This document shows positions 44,778 to 57,400 of a DNA stretch of 64,000 nucleotides, in pieces (positions within the stretch are counted from its first letter, which is position 1; each line of letters opens with the position of its first letter). The stretch is from Orbicella franksi (lineage: Eukaryota), in contig OZ116708.1 of the NCBI GenBank assembly GCA_964199315.1, positions 3,968,001 to 4,032,000 on the forward strand, given 5' to 3'. The notes below the pieces were generated by a model that saw only the letters and a list, made by a program, of their open reading frames with translations, made no database searches and was not told the origin of the DNA. The position numbers and the translations under genes were made by a program.

Positions 44778-47700
44778 CTACACGAAGTAGTTTTTCCTTA
44801 AAACGGACATGTATTGCTTGGACGAAGCGGTCAGCGGACCGTACGAGCCGCTGTCCCCATCACTTAATAGACTCGGCTTCAGATCGAGGTCTGACGNNNN
44901 NNNNNNNNNNNNNNNNNNNNNNNNNNNNNNNNNNNNNNNNNNNNNNNNNNNNNNNNNNNNNNNNNNNNNNNNNNNNNNNNNNNNNNNNNNNNNNNNNNNN
45001 NNNNNNNNNNNNNNNNNNNNNNNNNNNNNNNNNNNNNNNNATTTGGAGTCACTTGTTTTACAATTTGTCTCTCTTTTTTTCAATTCTTCAGAAAGACATA
45101 GGAAAAAAACAGAACGGAGAGTTTTACTTTTACAGAATCACAACGACAGAAACAACTTACCGCTTTCTAAATGACGCTTTATACTCTTGTTCAGTTCATT
45201 TTCTACAGCCTTCATTAACTGCCCGTCTCCCTGCACGAAAATATACAGTATAACATTACTTTAAAACATTTCGTTTGCGGTTTAATTGAGGACCAATTCA
45301 TGGAAGTGCGAAATCCGAAAACATATTGTATGGATGTGCATCTAAATTCTCCATAGAAACTTCGAGAGAAATGTAAGGCAGTCAGTAAAGGGAATCGATA
45401 ATTCGAGCACGAAAATCAGAACGGGTTTGGGCCACAAAGAAGTTACAGTTGTCAATGATTGATTGTGACATTTTTCGTGAAATCTGCCTTTTTTTTTTTT
45501 CAAATCTCTCGAACAATCACACAGCAAATAACCGCGTATGGCAAACATTCTTTGACACTACTTCTTTAATATCCCCGTTTCCCGGCATTTGATTGGTCAA
45601 ATATAAAAGGAGAGTTCAACACCAACAATGTTGAGCTTATTTCAATTTATATAATTGTCGCGAACTTTACCTTGGAGTGCATTCGATCTGGACTTCTTTA
45701 ACATCCCCGTTTCCCAGCATTTGATTGGTCAAATATAAAACGGAGAGTTCAAAACCAACAATGCTGAGCTTATTTCATTTCATATAATTGTCACGAACTT
45801 TACCTTGGAGTACATTCGATCTGGACTTGTTGCAGGTGAACCATTTAATAGTCCAGCAAGCGCATCTGAATGAGGAGACGTGTCACGCTGCAAGCCGTCG
45901 AAATTTCTCCGTGACCTCTCAAAACTGTGAACGAACAACATATTACATCAAATTACTACTTCGCTTGATAGATTATTCACTTACTAGCAATCATAAAGCT
46001 TGTTTTACAAGCTGCAAACCAATTTTTTTTTACTGTCAATCCTTTTCGTCACGACAAAAGCAATTTGAGTCACGTCAAATCAATATTAGTCATGACATAG
46101 ATTCCGAGTCACGCCAGAACCACTCTCGACTTCCAACAAAATCAATTTGCGCGATCGGATATCATTGTCCGAAAAAATCTCAAGTCACGGCGAAATCAAT
46201 TTAAATAAACCACTCGCTTTCTCAGCTATCGTCGCTGTTATTTTAAAACGTGCACTTAGAATCGAAAAGTGCTGCCGTCTTTTGCTTTGAATTCTTCTTA
46301 GTTCCTTGCGGAACGTATAACGTCCGACACCAACGCTTTCCATCTACATGTACACCAGTTTTGGACTGCTTTCTTGGCAGTGGCTTTTAATTAAAGCTGC
46401 ATTGCAAAACAAACACACAAAACAGATGCTTTTCTATGGAGTTTTCACGCCACTTACTTGAGCAACGCTTGGGACTCCGCCATCTTCTCGTTTGCTTTGT
46501 ACAAACGATTGGCCAGCTTATCTTTAGACTTCAACTCGCTTTCGTACAAATCCTGAAAACGAAACAAAAATAACAATTTCAGTTTTTAAAATTCCAAAAA
46601 ATTTTAATAAACCGAAAAGGAAGTTTGCTTGGAATCATTGTTATTAACAGTACCTTATATCGCTTGGCTTCAGCATCGAAGGTTTCTCTCTGGGTTTGGC
46701 TCTCATGGTAGCCGGCGCGCATCTTAGCCACATCGGCCTAACGAACAAACAAAAGGGAATTTTTAGGTCTTGGGATCACAAAAGACTTAAAAACAAAAGA
46801 TTCAATAGATAATACAGAATACCCACACCAAAACATAATTGGCAACTAAAAAAATTTCCAACCTGCCAACGATTATAATTGTAACTTTTGAGTATAAAAA
46901 AGGTAATAACCGTGGTTGAACACTTAGCGGCGCATCGTAAACCCCAAATTGTGACTCTGCTTATGAATTTCGTCACATTTTACCGCTCTTGGAACTGGTG
47001 ACACAATTTCCCCCCCCCCCCCGCCTCCCCACTGATTATGCGCTTTAGTGACATGTTTTCCCGCCCTAGCTACTGATGACGCGTTTCTTGCTGATCCCAT
47101 TGGTGACACGTTTTGCCTCCTTCGCTCCTGGTTCAACTTTTTCCCATCCCTGGCCACTCATTATGCGTTTACCGCTCTTGGAACTGGTGACACAATTCCC
47201 CCCCCCCCTCCCCACTGATTATGCGCTTTAGTGACATGTTTTCCCGCCCTAGCCACTGATGACGCGCGTCTTGCTGATCCCATTGGTGACACGTTTTGCC
47301 TCCTTCGCTCCTGGTTCAACTTTTTGCCATCCCTGGCCACTCATTATGCGTTCGCCGCCTTCACCACCGATTGTGCGTTTTCAGGCCCTTGCCACGGAAA
47401 ACGCGATTTTCCACCCTTCTCATTAGCTACAGGTTTTCCCACCTTCCTCACAAATTACACGTTTACCCGCCTTAGCCACCGGTTATATGTTTTCCCGCCA
47501 CTAATACCGAAGATGTATTGTAATGAAGAACTATGGACAACAACTGAGCAGGAAAGGATCAACATTCCGATAAGAAGGCGAAAGTAGGGTTGGATTGGGC
47601 ACACCCTCAGGAAAACTAACTGCTATGTCACCAAGCAGGCACTGAGATGGAACCCACAGGGGAAGAGGAGCCGAGGCCGTCCCAGAAACAGCTGGAGGAG

Positions 47701-50700
47701 GACGGTAGATGACGAGGCGAGCAAAGCAGGCTACACCTGGTGGCAGCTTGAAAGGATAGCCCAAAACAGACCAAGATGGCGAGCAATGGTTTCCGTGGAC
47801 CTGTGCTCCACTGGGAGCGAAAGGGTTTAATGAATACCGTTTTCGCCTTTGGCATCCGTTACATGTTTTCCGCTTTAGCCAGCGGTTACACGTTTTCCCG
47901 TTTACCACTGGATATACGTTGTTTTCTCGCCTTTGGCATTCTCGCCTTTGCTGCGTAGTTTGACAGGAGAAATACTGCTCACCTTGAGGTCTGCTATAGT
48001 CATCTCCAATTCTTTTCTTGTCTTTGATTCGTTTGCTTCGCGCATTTTGTCTAATTTCTCTCGGGCAACGGCCTGCGGAGAATTGCAATAATGAATTTAA
48101 TATATAGATACACTACGACACAGGTGATTTTCAAAAGTACAAAGACTTCTGTGCATCACAGGAAGTCCAATAGTAACAGTGGGATTTTGCAGAACAGTAC
48201 TCGACGCAAGACAAGAATCCTTAACGAGCTCAGGACGGAAATAGAAACTCATGTTACAAGAAAGAATCTCTGTTTACGAAAACGTGTACCTTCATTCAAG
48301 AACACCAATAGAAAATTCTTTGCCATGTCTCACCTGCTCTTCCAAATGAGCATTTACTTCCTCTAGTTTACGATTTAGTTCAAACCGAGACTGTCGAAGA
48401 AGAAAGAACGGTGGTCATTAAACAACAACATAGCACAACCGACTGCTAACTTACTGTTATAGGTTTTGGATTCCTCTAAATTTCGTCGTTGTTCTAAGAA
48501 ACACCTTCATGCTAAGCGAAATCATGCCTACAAACCTTAGCTTCGAGTTCTTGCTTGTAAGCTTCCAGCTGTCCTTTCTCCACAAAATTATTTTCGTAAA
48601 AGGCCTGAAACAGTAGAGTGAAACGATTAGGGGGCACTCTTTATCAGTGAAGACACTTACATATGACTACATAGAATTGGTCTGTTCCAGGTTTCCAAGC
48701 TGCGGAAAAACGAGCAAATCGTCCTGGAACCTGAAACTATGTTAAGCTGGGATAGCTCAACATAGTAATCTTCTTTACCGATTGTACTCAAGCCTCCCCG
48801 CTCCCTCCCACCACTCTTTACAAATACCTGACGGTCTCGCTAACTCAGACCAGACCTATTTTCGTCGGCACGCGGGTGGCAGGAAAGGGTTTAGAGCTGA
48901 GCCCTTCCCCAAGATACGCTACTGCAGACAACTATGAGGGTCTCCTGAATACTCTAGCGCGTCTCGAGACAACACTTGTCCTCAGAGAGAAGTGTCGTTG
49001 CCGCGGTGACAAACCAAATAACGGCTATAAAGGCATCGACGAACAGAGTAGCTAAATGACTAGCGACCTTGGACAAATGCTCTTCTACTTGACAAGAAAA
49101 CAAAAGGCGATGTTTGCAATGATCATGATCGCCATTTACCTTGAGTCTTCCGACTTCTTCCTCTAGTTGTCTGTTGGTCTGTTCAAGACGTTCTTGGTCG
49201 AAGAGAAGGCGCTAAAATCAACAAATCGACAAATTGTTTAAACATAAAGATCTTTGCTGGTTTTCAGACTGGATATGTATAAGTGTAAGCGTCAGTGGAG
49301 CACGATTTGGAAAAGTAAAACAAAATTCTACCAAAGGTGTAATTACTGGAGAACAGATCTAGCATGCGTGGTATACAGAACTGGAACAAACAGTAGCGTG
49401 ACAAGCAGTCTTGGAAAGTACTGAAAGCTCTTTAAAATCAACGCGGTGAAGTACTCGTTACCGGTTCTCTTAGTTCCTTGTCTCCTTCCAGGAAACAGCA
49501 AACAAGATACTTAAAACTAGTCTTAGTGGTAAGAGATTGTCGAATTCAAAGCATAACGAATTCACAAGTTGCGTCAGATAGCCAACTTCTAAGAGCATTT
49601 CACGCTCCACAGCGAATGAAGAGATTAAATACTTACCTTTTCGTGTTGTATCGCTGCTGATAGCTCTGTAGAAAGCAAATTAAAGCAAAATAAAGGATCA
49701 AAGACATAACCTCAATTAAACTTAAAACTCTGACAAACAAATTGTTCTTAAGGTCCCACTAAAGGAGGACGAAGATGAGCAAACGGTATCCATGTCATAA
49801 CAGGCACATTATTTTGGCCACGTATGTAACATTACTTTTAAATTGAAGGAAACCTGAAAATAGTTGTTTACTAAGATGGAAAAACAGCAAGGCGATAATA
49901 ATAAACCATAAAGGAACAAGGATGGTTAAGGATGGAGAAGATTAACATGGATTACAAACGACAAACCTGAAAAATTTAGATTAAACTTTTCAAAATGAGC
50001 AAAACGTGACGTAGCTCCTTTCAGTAAGGCGGCAAAAGCTAATAGAATCACCCTGTTGCTGTTGTTTGGATGAAAGCTCCACACGTGAACGATTTTCTGA
50101 TTCTTGGTGAAGCCGCTCGCTCAAGTTATCCAACTGGTAAAAAGAAAAAAACTAGATTAGAACCGGAAACAAGAGTATTGTTTTCATAATTACAAAATCA
50201 CCTTCAAATTCATGGAAACCTCCAAACTAAGACAGAAAAACAGGAAAGAGGCGAAATAAACTAAAAATAGGAATATGGCCATTTAGGCCAAACCAATCAA
50301 ATCCTTACCAACCTTGAGATAACAAAAAAACAACAACAACAACAAAAACAAACTAAAAAAGCGAACCTGTCTTCGCAAGGAAGTAATGTGTGACTCCATG
50401 GCAGAACGCTCCTTGTCAAACTCAACTCGCAGAGAAGGAATCCGACTCTCTGAGGCTTCGTATTCCTTCAAAATATTCAAAAATGGCAAGCAAGTTACTA
50501 CTACTATAGTAAAAAAATGTATATCTTGTTATCCTCGGAAGTGAAAATTTTTACAATTTCCAAAATCTGTTTTTCCTATTTTTCTTTGGAATAGAAAAAC
50601 AACGTTAATCATATAAAAGAATGAAGAAAAGTCTCCATCGTGTAATATTGTCCCGATGTAACGAAATTCTCGCAACGAAGACTAAAAGAAATATATGGCA

Positions 50701-51420
50701 ATGAGTAAAGAGAATTTTTATTTCTACCTTGAGCAGCTTACCTTGAAACGTCGTTTGTAAGACTTGAGCTGCGTTTTAAGAGCAACGACATCTTTTTGAT
50801 GTTGAGATGATCTAAAAATTATGAAGAACACAATTCAGTTTTTTTTTTTCAACTCATTCGTAATTCATTTTGATTAGAGAATTCAGTGTGTAAGAGGAAA
50901 ATATATCTTCTGCGCGGGGAAAGCTCTCCTACGAGAATCTAGTGAGCCCGCAGTTTCTTTCATAGGTTGCTAAGCAACATGGCATATGTCACTTGTCACG
51001 TGAGAACACGTGACACGAGTGCTTGTGCTTTAGTGATTGGACAAAACGAGTTTGAAATCCTTTTGAGTGCTTCTAAGCTTGTCTGGCAAAAATAGAACGC
51101 TTAATTTCCCCCGACTGGAATTATTCAAGGTTTCTTTTTTTTGTAAAAAACGTCTTAAACCCACCTTTGGTCGCTGGCCTCTAACTTAGCTTCCAACACT
51201 TTCTTCATCTCCAGTGCTTTACGAGTTTTACGCTTTTCCTACATTGGAACAAACAAATATCAACCAAAAACACCAAAAAAATAAATAAATGAATAACTAA
51301 AAAAATAGGTAAAAAATTGAAAAAAAAAAAAAAAAAAAGAATTAATTCGAGTATTCTCGACGACGTACCTCGTCTATTTCTGTTCGTGCTTCGTCCAGTC
51401 GCTTTTCCATTTCCGCAATC

Positions 51421-51451
<31 letters not shown>

Positions 51452-54400
51452 AAAGTAGGTACGCAATGCATACTCAATACCTCGTCAAATTTCTGTGTTT
51501 GTGAAACACACATACCGTACCTTAGCACCCAACTTTGTTCTTGACCGTACTTCTGCTTCCCATAATTCCTTATGTTCTTCAGCCTCTCTTTCGTGTTGAG
51601 TTCGAGTTAGTGACTCGGACTGGTGAACGAAAAGAGAACACGCATTATTATGAAATAAAACCAGGCCAAAATGACCTAAAACTCAAGCCCATCCTAGGTA
51701 ACGCAGGATTAGGCGGCTAGGATTTTGCCGCGTTGCGCTATTTGTAGCCAGTAGCACTGATGGCAGGAGATAGAGGCATTGGAGAGCAAGTGTCTTGCCC
51801 GGAAACTCAACACAATGAACCAAGCCAGAACTCCAGGGTCCAACGCGCTAGCCGTGAGGGAGTCACTTACGAAAATTCAAAACTTGGAGTTTATCACCTC
51901 TGAAAAAGCAAACTAGCGGTTTATGTTCAAACTGTGGACGTTACGCTTTTGATCACCAGGCCAAATTTCATACGTTCCTTTTCATTGTTAGTTGAGGTGG
52001 GATGGAGACACGAGTGGAGTATAAGACAGTTTACAAGAAAGAGAGAATGAGGAGCAGACTTAACTCTGTTATACCTGTAATCTGTTCTCTAACTCTATAG
52101 AGTCTCCCTTGACATTAGATAACAGTTTCTCCAAGCTCTGCCGGGCCTGTGGGGCAAAGAAAAAGACTGATGACTAGTCTGATCTGTGTTAGCAACCTTG
52201 GACCTTGGCTTCCGTCGACAGCGCAAGCCTCAGCTTTAAATAACTTCTCGCTAAAAAGTAGAATAGTTGGATAGTTCGAGAGGAGAATTTCAAATTAAGT
52301 AACTTAACAGAAGAAAAATACGGAAAAAGACGTAAAAAATCCCTGAAAAAGAAGGTATTTTAAACGAACTTGGGAACTATTTCTCGTCTCAATTACAGTA
52401 CTAAAATTCTCTTTTATTTATTCATATTTTCTTTCTCGAGCTGACCTCTTCTTTTTCATTTTCAGAATCTCTCCACTTGGAATTGTCAGACATACAGTAG
52501 ACATAACTTTAAAATTACTATTCATAAGCGAAATAAATCTAACAAACACAATACAATGCATCTGAAGTACCTCATGTTTGAATTTAGGGACAGCGTCGCG
52601 TTTTCGGAAACGTACTTTCTTGCGATCTTGCCCACGGCAAAGGAACAAGACCACGTTATCATCAAATTTTTCTGGGATTTTCTCCGTTCTGTCGACGTTT
52701 ATGGACATACTGTTTTTGAAAACGGCCCTTCTTAGCAGACACAGTCATCAAACGCCTCACGCTTAGCTACTTATTCGTGTTGTTGAAAGCGACGAAACAC
52801 AATTGAATCTTCTCGCGTCTAGAGTCTTTTAAAATATTAGTATCTAACTAAATCCGCGCGTGATATTTTTTAATAAGGTGAATAAAGGTTAACGATTGGT
52901 TTTAAATTGTAGCAGAGGCAATTAAAATGCATAATTTAACACCGAGAACAATGGATTTTAAAACCGCGATAAAAGGCAATGGATTTTTACTGATAATTAA
53001 TCACGACACCATTAAAAAACATACTACGCAACATTACATCTAGATAAAACAACAAACGCAGATAGATCTTACCATTAACAAAACTTTCGTGATAGTGAAG
53101 AAGGTTTGGAGAAAGATGTCGCTTCTTTTCGATTAAAACCACTTGAAAAAATATGTACTGAAGTTGTTCAGGAACTACTAAAACGCTTTGTGAGCCAGTG
53201 GAGTTTTGCTAATCAGATTTTTTCACCAAATTAACGGAAATGACTTCAAAACGACGGCGATTAGATCCCCCAACATGGCGAGAAGCGAGCGAGTTTGAAT
53301 AAACTGTGACATCATAATTTTAAAACAAATACCGACGCGATTATATTTGTTGTTATCCAAAATGACTACAATTTTATTCCTACATTAACATAAAGGATAA
53401 TCAAATCACGAAACAAAAGCATACAAACAGCTACAGAACACTACAACAGCTAGCAATACAAGACCATAAAAATTCTTACAACCTCTCGCAAAAAATATAT
53501 ACACAGTCAAAACTTTTACTTTTATTTCATAGTTTCCGACTCCTAACCAACGAAGCCGGCTTTGACATCTGTGATATGTAAATTTTTTTCCTGATAAATT
53601 GATCTCGTATAGCATTTCCCTGATTAGCTTTCGTTGCCTTGACCGACAAAGCCAAGCTGAGTTTAAAATTTATGAATTTCGTTTTCCACGTAAGGCTTGT
53701 TTTTAAAAGAAGATATGTGAAATGTCAACGTGACAACTTATCCAACACAAACCAGGAATGTTAATTCTCGAACAAGAAAATCAAATTTACTCCTTAGAAA
53801 GATGAAACAATAGCGTGAATTTTACCAAGAAACGTTCGGGCTTTGTAACCGCGTCATGGTTTTTCAAGATGGCGGAAAAAGATCCCAGCAGACTTGCAGC
53901 TGATGGTCTCACCTCGTTTGCATCCTTGACTTCTTTCAACAGCATGCCACATTTAGCCTCCTCTTCTCTCAAAGACGCCTCCACTTGGGCCTTCTCCACT
54001 TTGAGTTTTGTCACCATCTTTTCTAACTGGGCCTGAGAAAAGAAAGGTAGTTTTGGACTGTTGTAAGTAAGTAACTTCCAGCACAGATTAAATCGCATTA
54101 TCAAGAGAAAAAACCAGAGCAGAGCTCAACTTAAGACTTTTTAAAGAAAAACTGCCACGGCTATTTCTCAAAGCTGTAAAAAATTTATCGACGCTAAGAG
54201 AGTTTTTGGAAAACTTGCCAAAAACGCGAACCTCTACCTTTCAAGGCGTTTTTTAGGCAAGCTGTAATCGATTTTCATCGTTAACTGTTCTCACTTGCTA
54301 ATGGATTCTGCCATTTTTTCACCGCTGGTTTAAAAAATCAAACCGTTATTGCTGAATTTTCTAAGATACATCTGTCTCGCTCTTTGCGAGCTTTCAAAAC

Positions 54401-57400
54401 CGAGTTAAAAACTGATGACCGTATTCCCCTAAACTTGCTACAAATTATGTATACGCAAAAACCCTTTGCACTGTACCAAATTGTTTTGCTGCATTTTTCT
54501 GCTTTACACAAAATCCAATGAATCTTTCGGCTTGCTTTAACCTTAACCAGTCCAAACCGTGCCTCGTATTTGTTAAAAAAGAAAATTTTGGAATTTATAT
54601 ACCGTCGGATTCAATTAAACAGATCATTTTAAATGTCTCAATATATTTGTGTTTAATTGACGCAGTTTTAGGCGAAGTTGACGATAACAAAGTAGACTAC
54701 ACGTAAATCTTTTCTTTATAACTCTGCAGGGCCAGAAAGATTCATAACCTCCTGTCTACAGCAGAACTAAAGTTGTTATATCCTTCTGTCGCCAGTTATA
54801 AGCAAAGCGTTGTTAAAAAGGAATTCTTAAACAGCTTTACAATTATTAAACACCCGAGTAAAAGCATTAAATAGCTTTCTTAATTTTCAATAACCAATCA
54901 GCTGTCAGAAAAGGGAACCCATTTAAATGAAAGAATTAAAACGCATTACGTCTTTGCTCTTTTTTAAGATTTTAGGCTCCCGGCGGTTTGGGTTTAGAGA
55001 CATTATTTAATAATTTTATGGCAAGACGGAAAGTTGATAGGAAAATAACTACATTTTACATCCTGTTAGATTTTGCTAAAGTTTTAACGAAAAATGAGGA
55101 CAATTAAATTGAACCAAAAGCTTTTCCCACGCGATATAAAGTTTAATTAATATTCTTTTCTGGATGGCTGTGTTATTATGCACACTTGCAGAAAACTATT
55201 AGAAATTTTTGGACGTAAATGTAGACAATGAAAACCATCTCTGTCGGTTAAAACCCGAAAAGAGTTTATTCACAAAATCCTATTATTTAATTTCGAACAA
55301 AATCAGGATGAACAAATTGACAAATGGTAATTGATTTAAACGTAGTTGTTTTATTTTAAATTGCCTCCTGCTAAGAATTGATTGTTCAAATTGTTCTGGT
55401 AGGAAAGGTTAGCCATATCTTGAAAACTGTTGTGAAAAATTTCTAGAACTGCGTTTTTTACAGTTAAATAAGAAGTAAGTTACGTAAAGGTTACGTGAAA
55501 AAATTATAATAACCCAACGAAAACTTTACAACGGAAGTTATAGTTGGAAAGAAAGTTTATCGTGTTTAATATCATAAACATCAGTCTCCCTTACAGCCAT
55601 TCTCCAGGCCTGTCAAGCACTGCGTCATGACACGTTGATTTGAACGTGACAAAAAGCATCGCGTGACAACCCAGGAAACGATTGTAAATGGAGTTCATGT
55701 TATGAGTTGTTTCGTTACCGGTTCTTCGCCATCCTCTTCTAGGGACTGCGAGAATAAAACAGTATTAACAAATTTAACACACAAACACGACCTTTTTATA
55801 ACATTTTAGAATGATTATTATAATTATTATTGATATTATGCTTCAGTATTCTTAAAGCAACAAATGTTGCTACTATTTGTAAACAAATAAATATTGAACA
55901 GTGAATTATGTGATGGCGAATGTTGAAACAAGGCCGAACTACACCATTACATTTAACAATTAATCAGTTGGCATAACGAAGCGTCAAGCAACAATAAAAT
56001 CGTTAAGGAAAGAAAAAAATTGTACTCCAGGAATTATTACATCTACTGTAGATGCCTCTTTACCCTTACGTAAGAAATTTAATAGCTTACCAGGGATCGG
56101 GTGACAGATTCTACGTCCGCGCTTCTGGAGACCAGCCGATCAGCGGTCTCTCCTTGAACTCGTTTGGTGTGCTCTAGTTCCTCCTCGAGTTTCATCGCGT
56201 GGCCGGTCACCTCACCTCGCGTCGCTTCCACTGTTGCTACCTAAAGAGCGAGAAAGTGACACGGAAAAAACCACTGTCAGTAAAATGATTTGGAGAGGAG
56301 CCCCGATCACATCTGGACAACGAGCTTGTGATCGAACTCCATTTTGATCTTAGAGCGACAGAGTGGCCGAAAGCGTGGTTACATCACACAATCTAAAGGA
56401 ATGTCTACAGTATAAGTAAAAACTTAATTAACTCACTGTATTTTCCAGATTAATTAACTGGCTTCTCAACTGAGATCGCTCGTCCTCCAGCTCTTCACGG
56501 AGCTAAAACAAAGATAAAGAAAATCAGAAATATTACTACAATACGTCTAACCAATTGACAGCAAAAGGTATACAGATCGCGCACTTTTTGTACGCACACA
56601 TGGAGACTACACTTGCGCTAAATTTTCTCAAGCCTAGTCCCTGGACTCTTCTTAATCTGCCCGGCAAGGAAGGGCGAGTTAGACTTGACTAACCTTCTTC
56701 TCGTATTTTCAGTCAGATTTTACCCACTGGCTGTTAAAAGTAAGAAGGTAGTATGTAAAATACCTTGGTTTGCATCTCCAAAGCTGTTTCAGATTGAACA
56801 AGTTTCTTGGATGTTTCGTTAAGTTCCTGAAAGATGAAACAACACACGAGATCTATAAGTATCTTATCCTTTCAGTATCTGCCTCATCACCAGTCTGTGG
56901 CGTGAACTGGGAACGAGGCAATAAAACACACGTAATTATTTTATTTGGTTTTTCAGTTTGAGTGGGCAACTGGGGATCAAAAACGAAACTCAAACAAGTA
57001 AATGAGTTTACTAATAAACACAGAAGAACAAAAAATAAAAAATAAAAAATAGCAAACCGACAAACTGGTAAACGAACGTACAAACAACTGAACAACCAAA
57101 CGAACAGACAAACGAGCAATTGAAGACTACCAAAAAGAGAAAGAAGAAAAAAAGACAAAACAAGGGAAGAAAGAAAAAAGGCAAAATCAAACCTGTTGTA
57201 GATCTCTGATTTGAGCCTTCTGTTGTGCACTCTTTTCTTTTCCTTTGTCGACGTCCGACTTGAGTTTATTGATTGTGTCCACGAGAGTTTCTTGTTTCTC
57301 TTGCATAACGTGTTTACTCTGAGAAAACATGGGAAGAAGCAGTCACACTAGGGAGAAATCTCTATAAATTACTTTGTCGCTTTTCAAGGACGAAGTTCGA

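Noticed and set aside
44726-45253. Long ORFs crossing the N gap
   Set aside because: They are artefacts of translating N; only the minus-strand ANKRD26-like C-terminus is meaningful.
35350-47350. Direct repeats as possible CRISPR-like arrays
   Set aside because: They are two-copy duplications of 130-250 bp without unique spacers, in a eukaryotic context.
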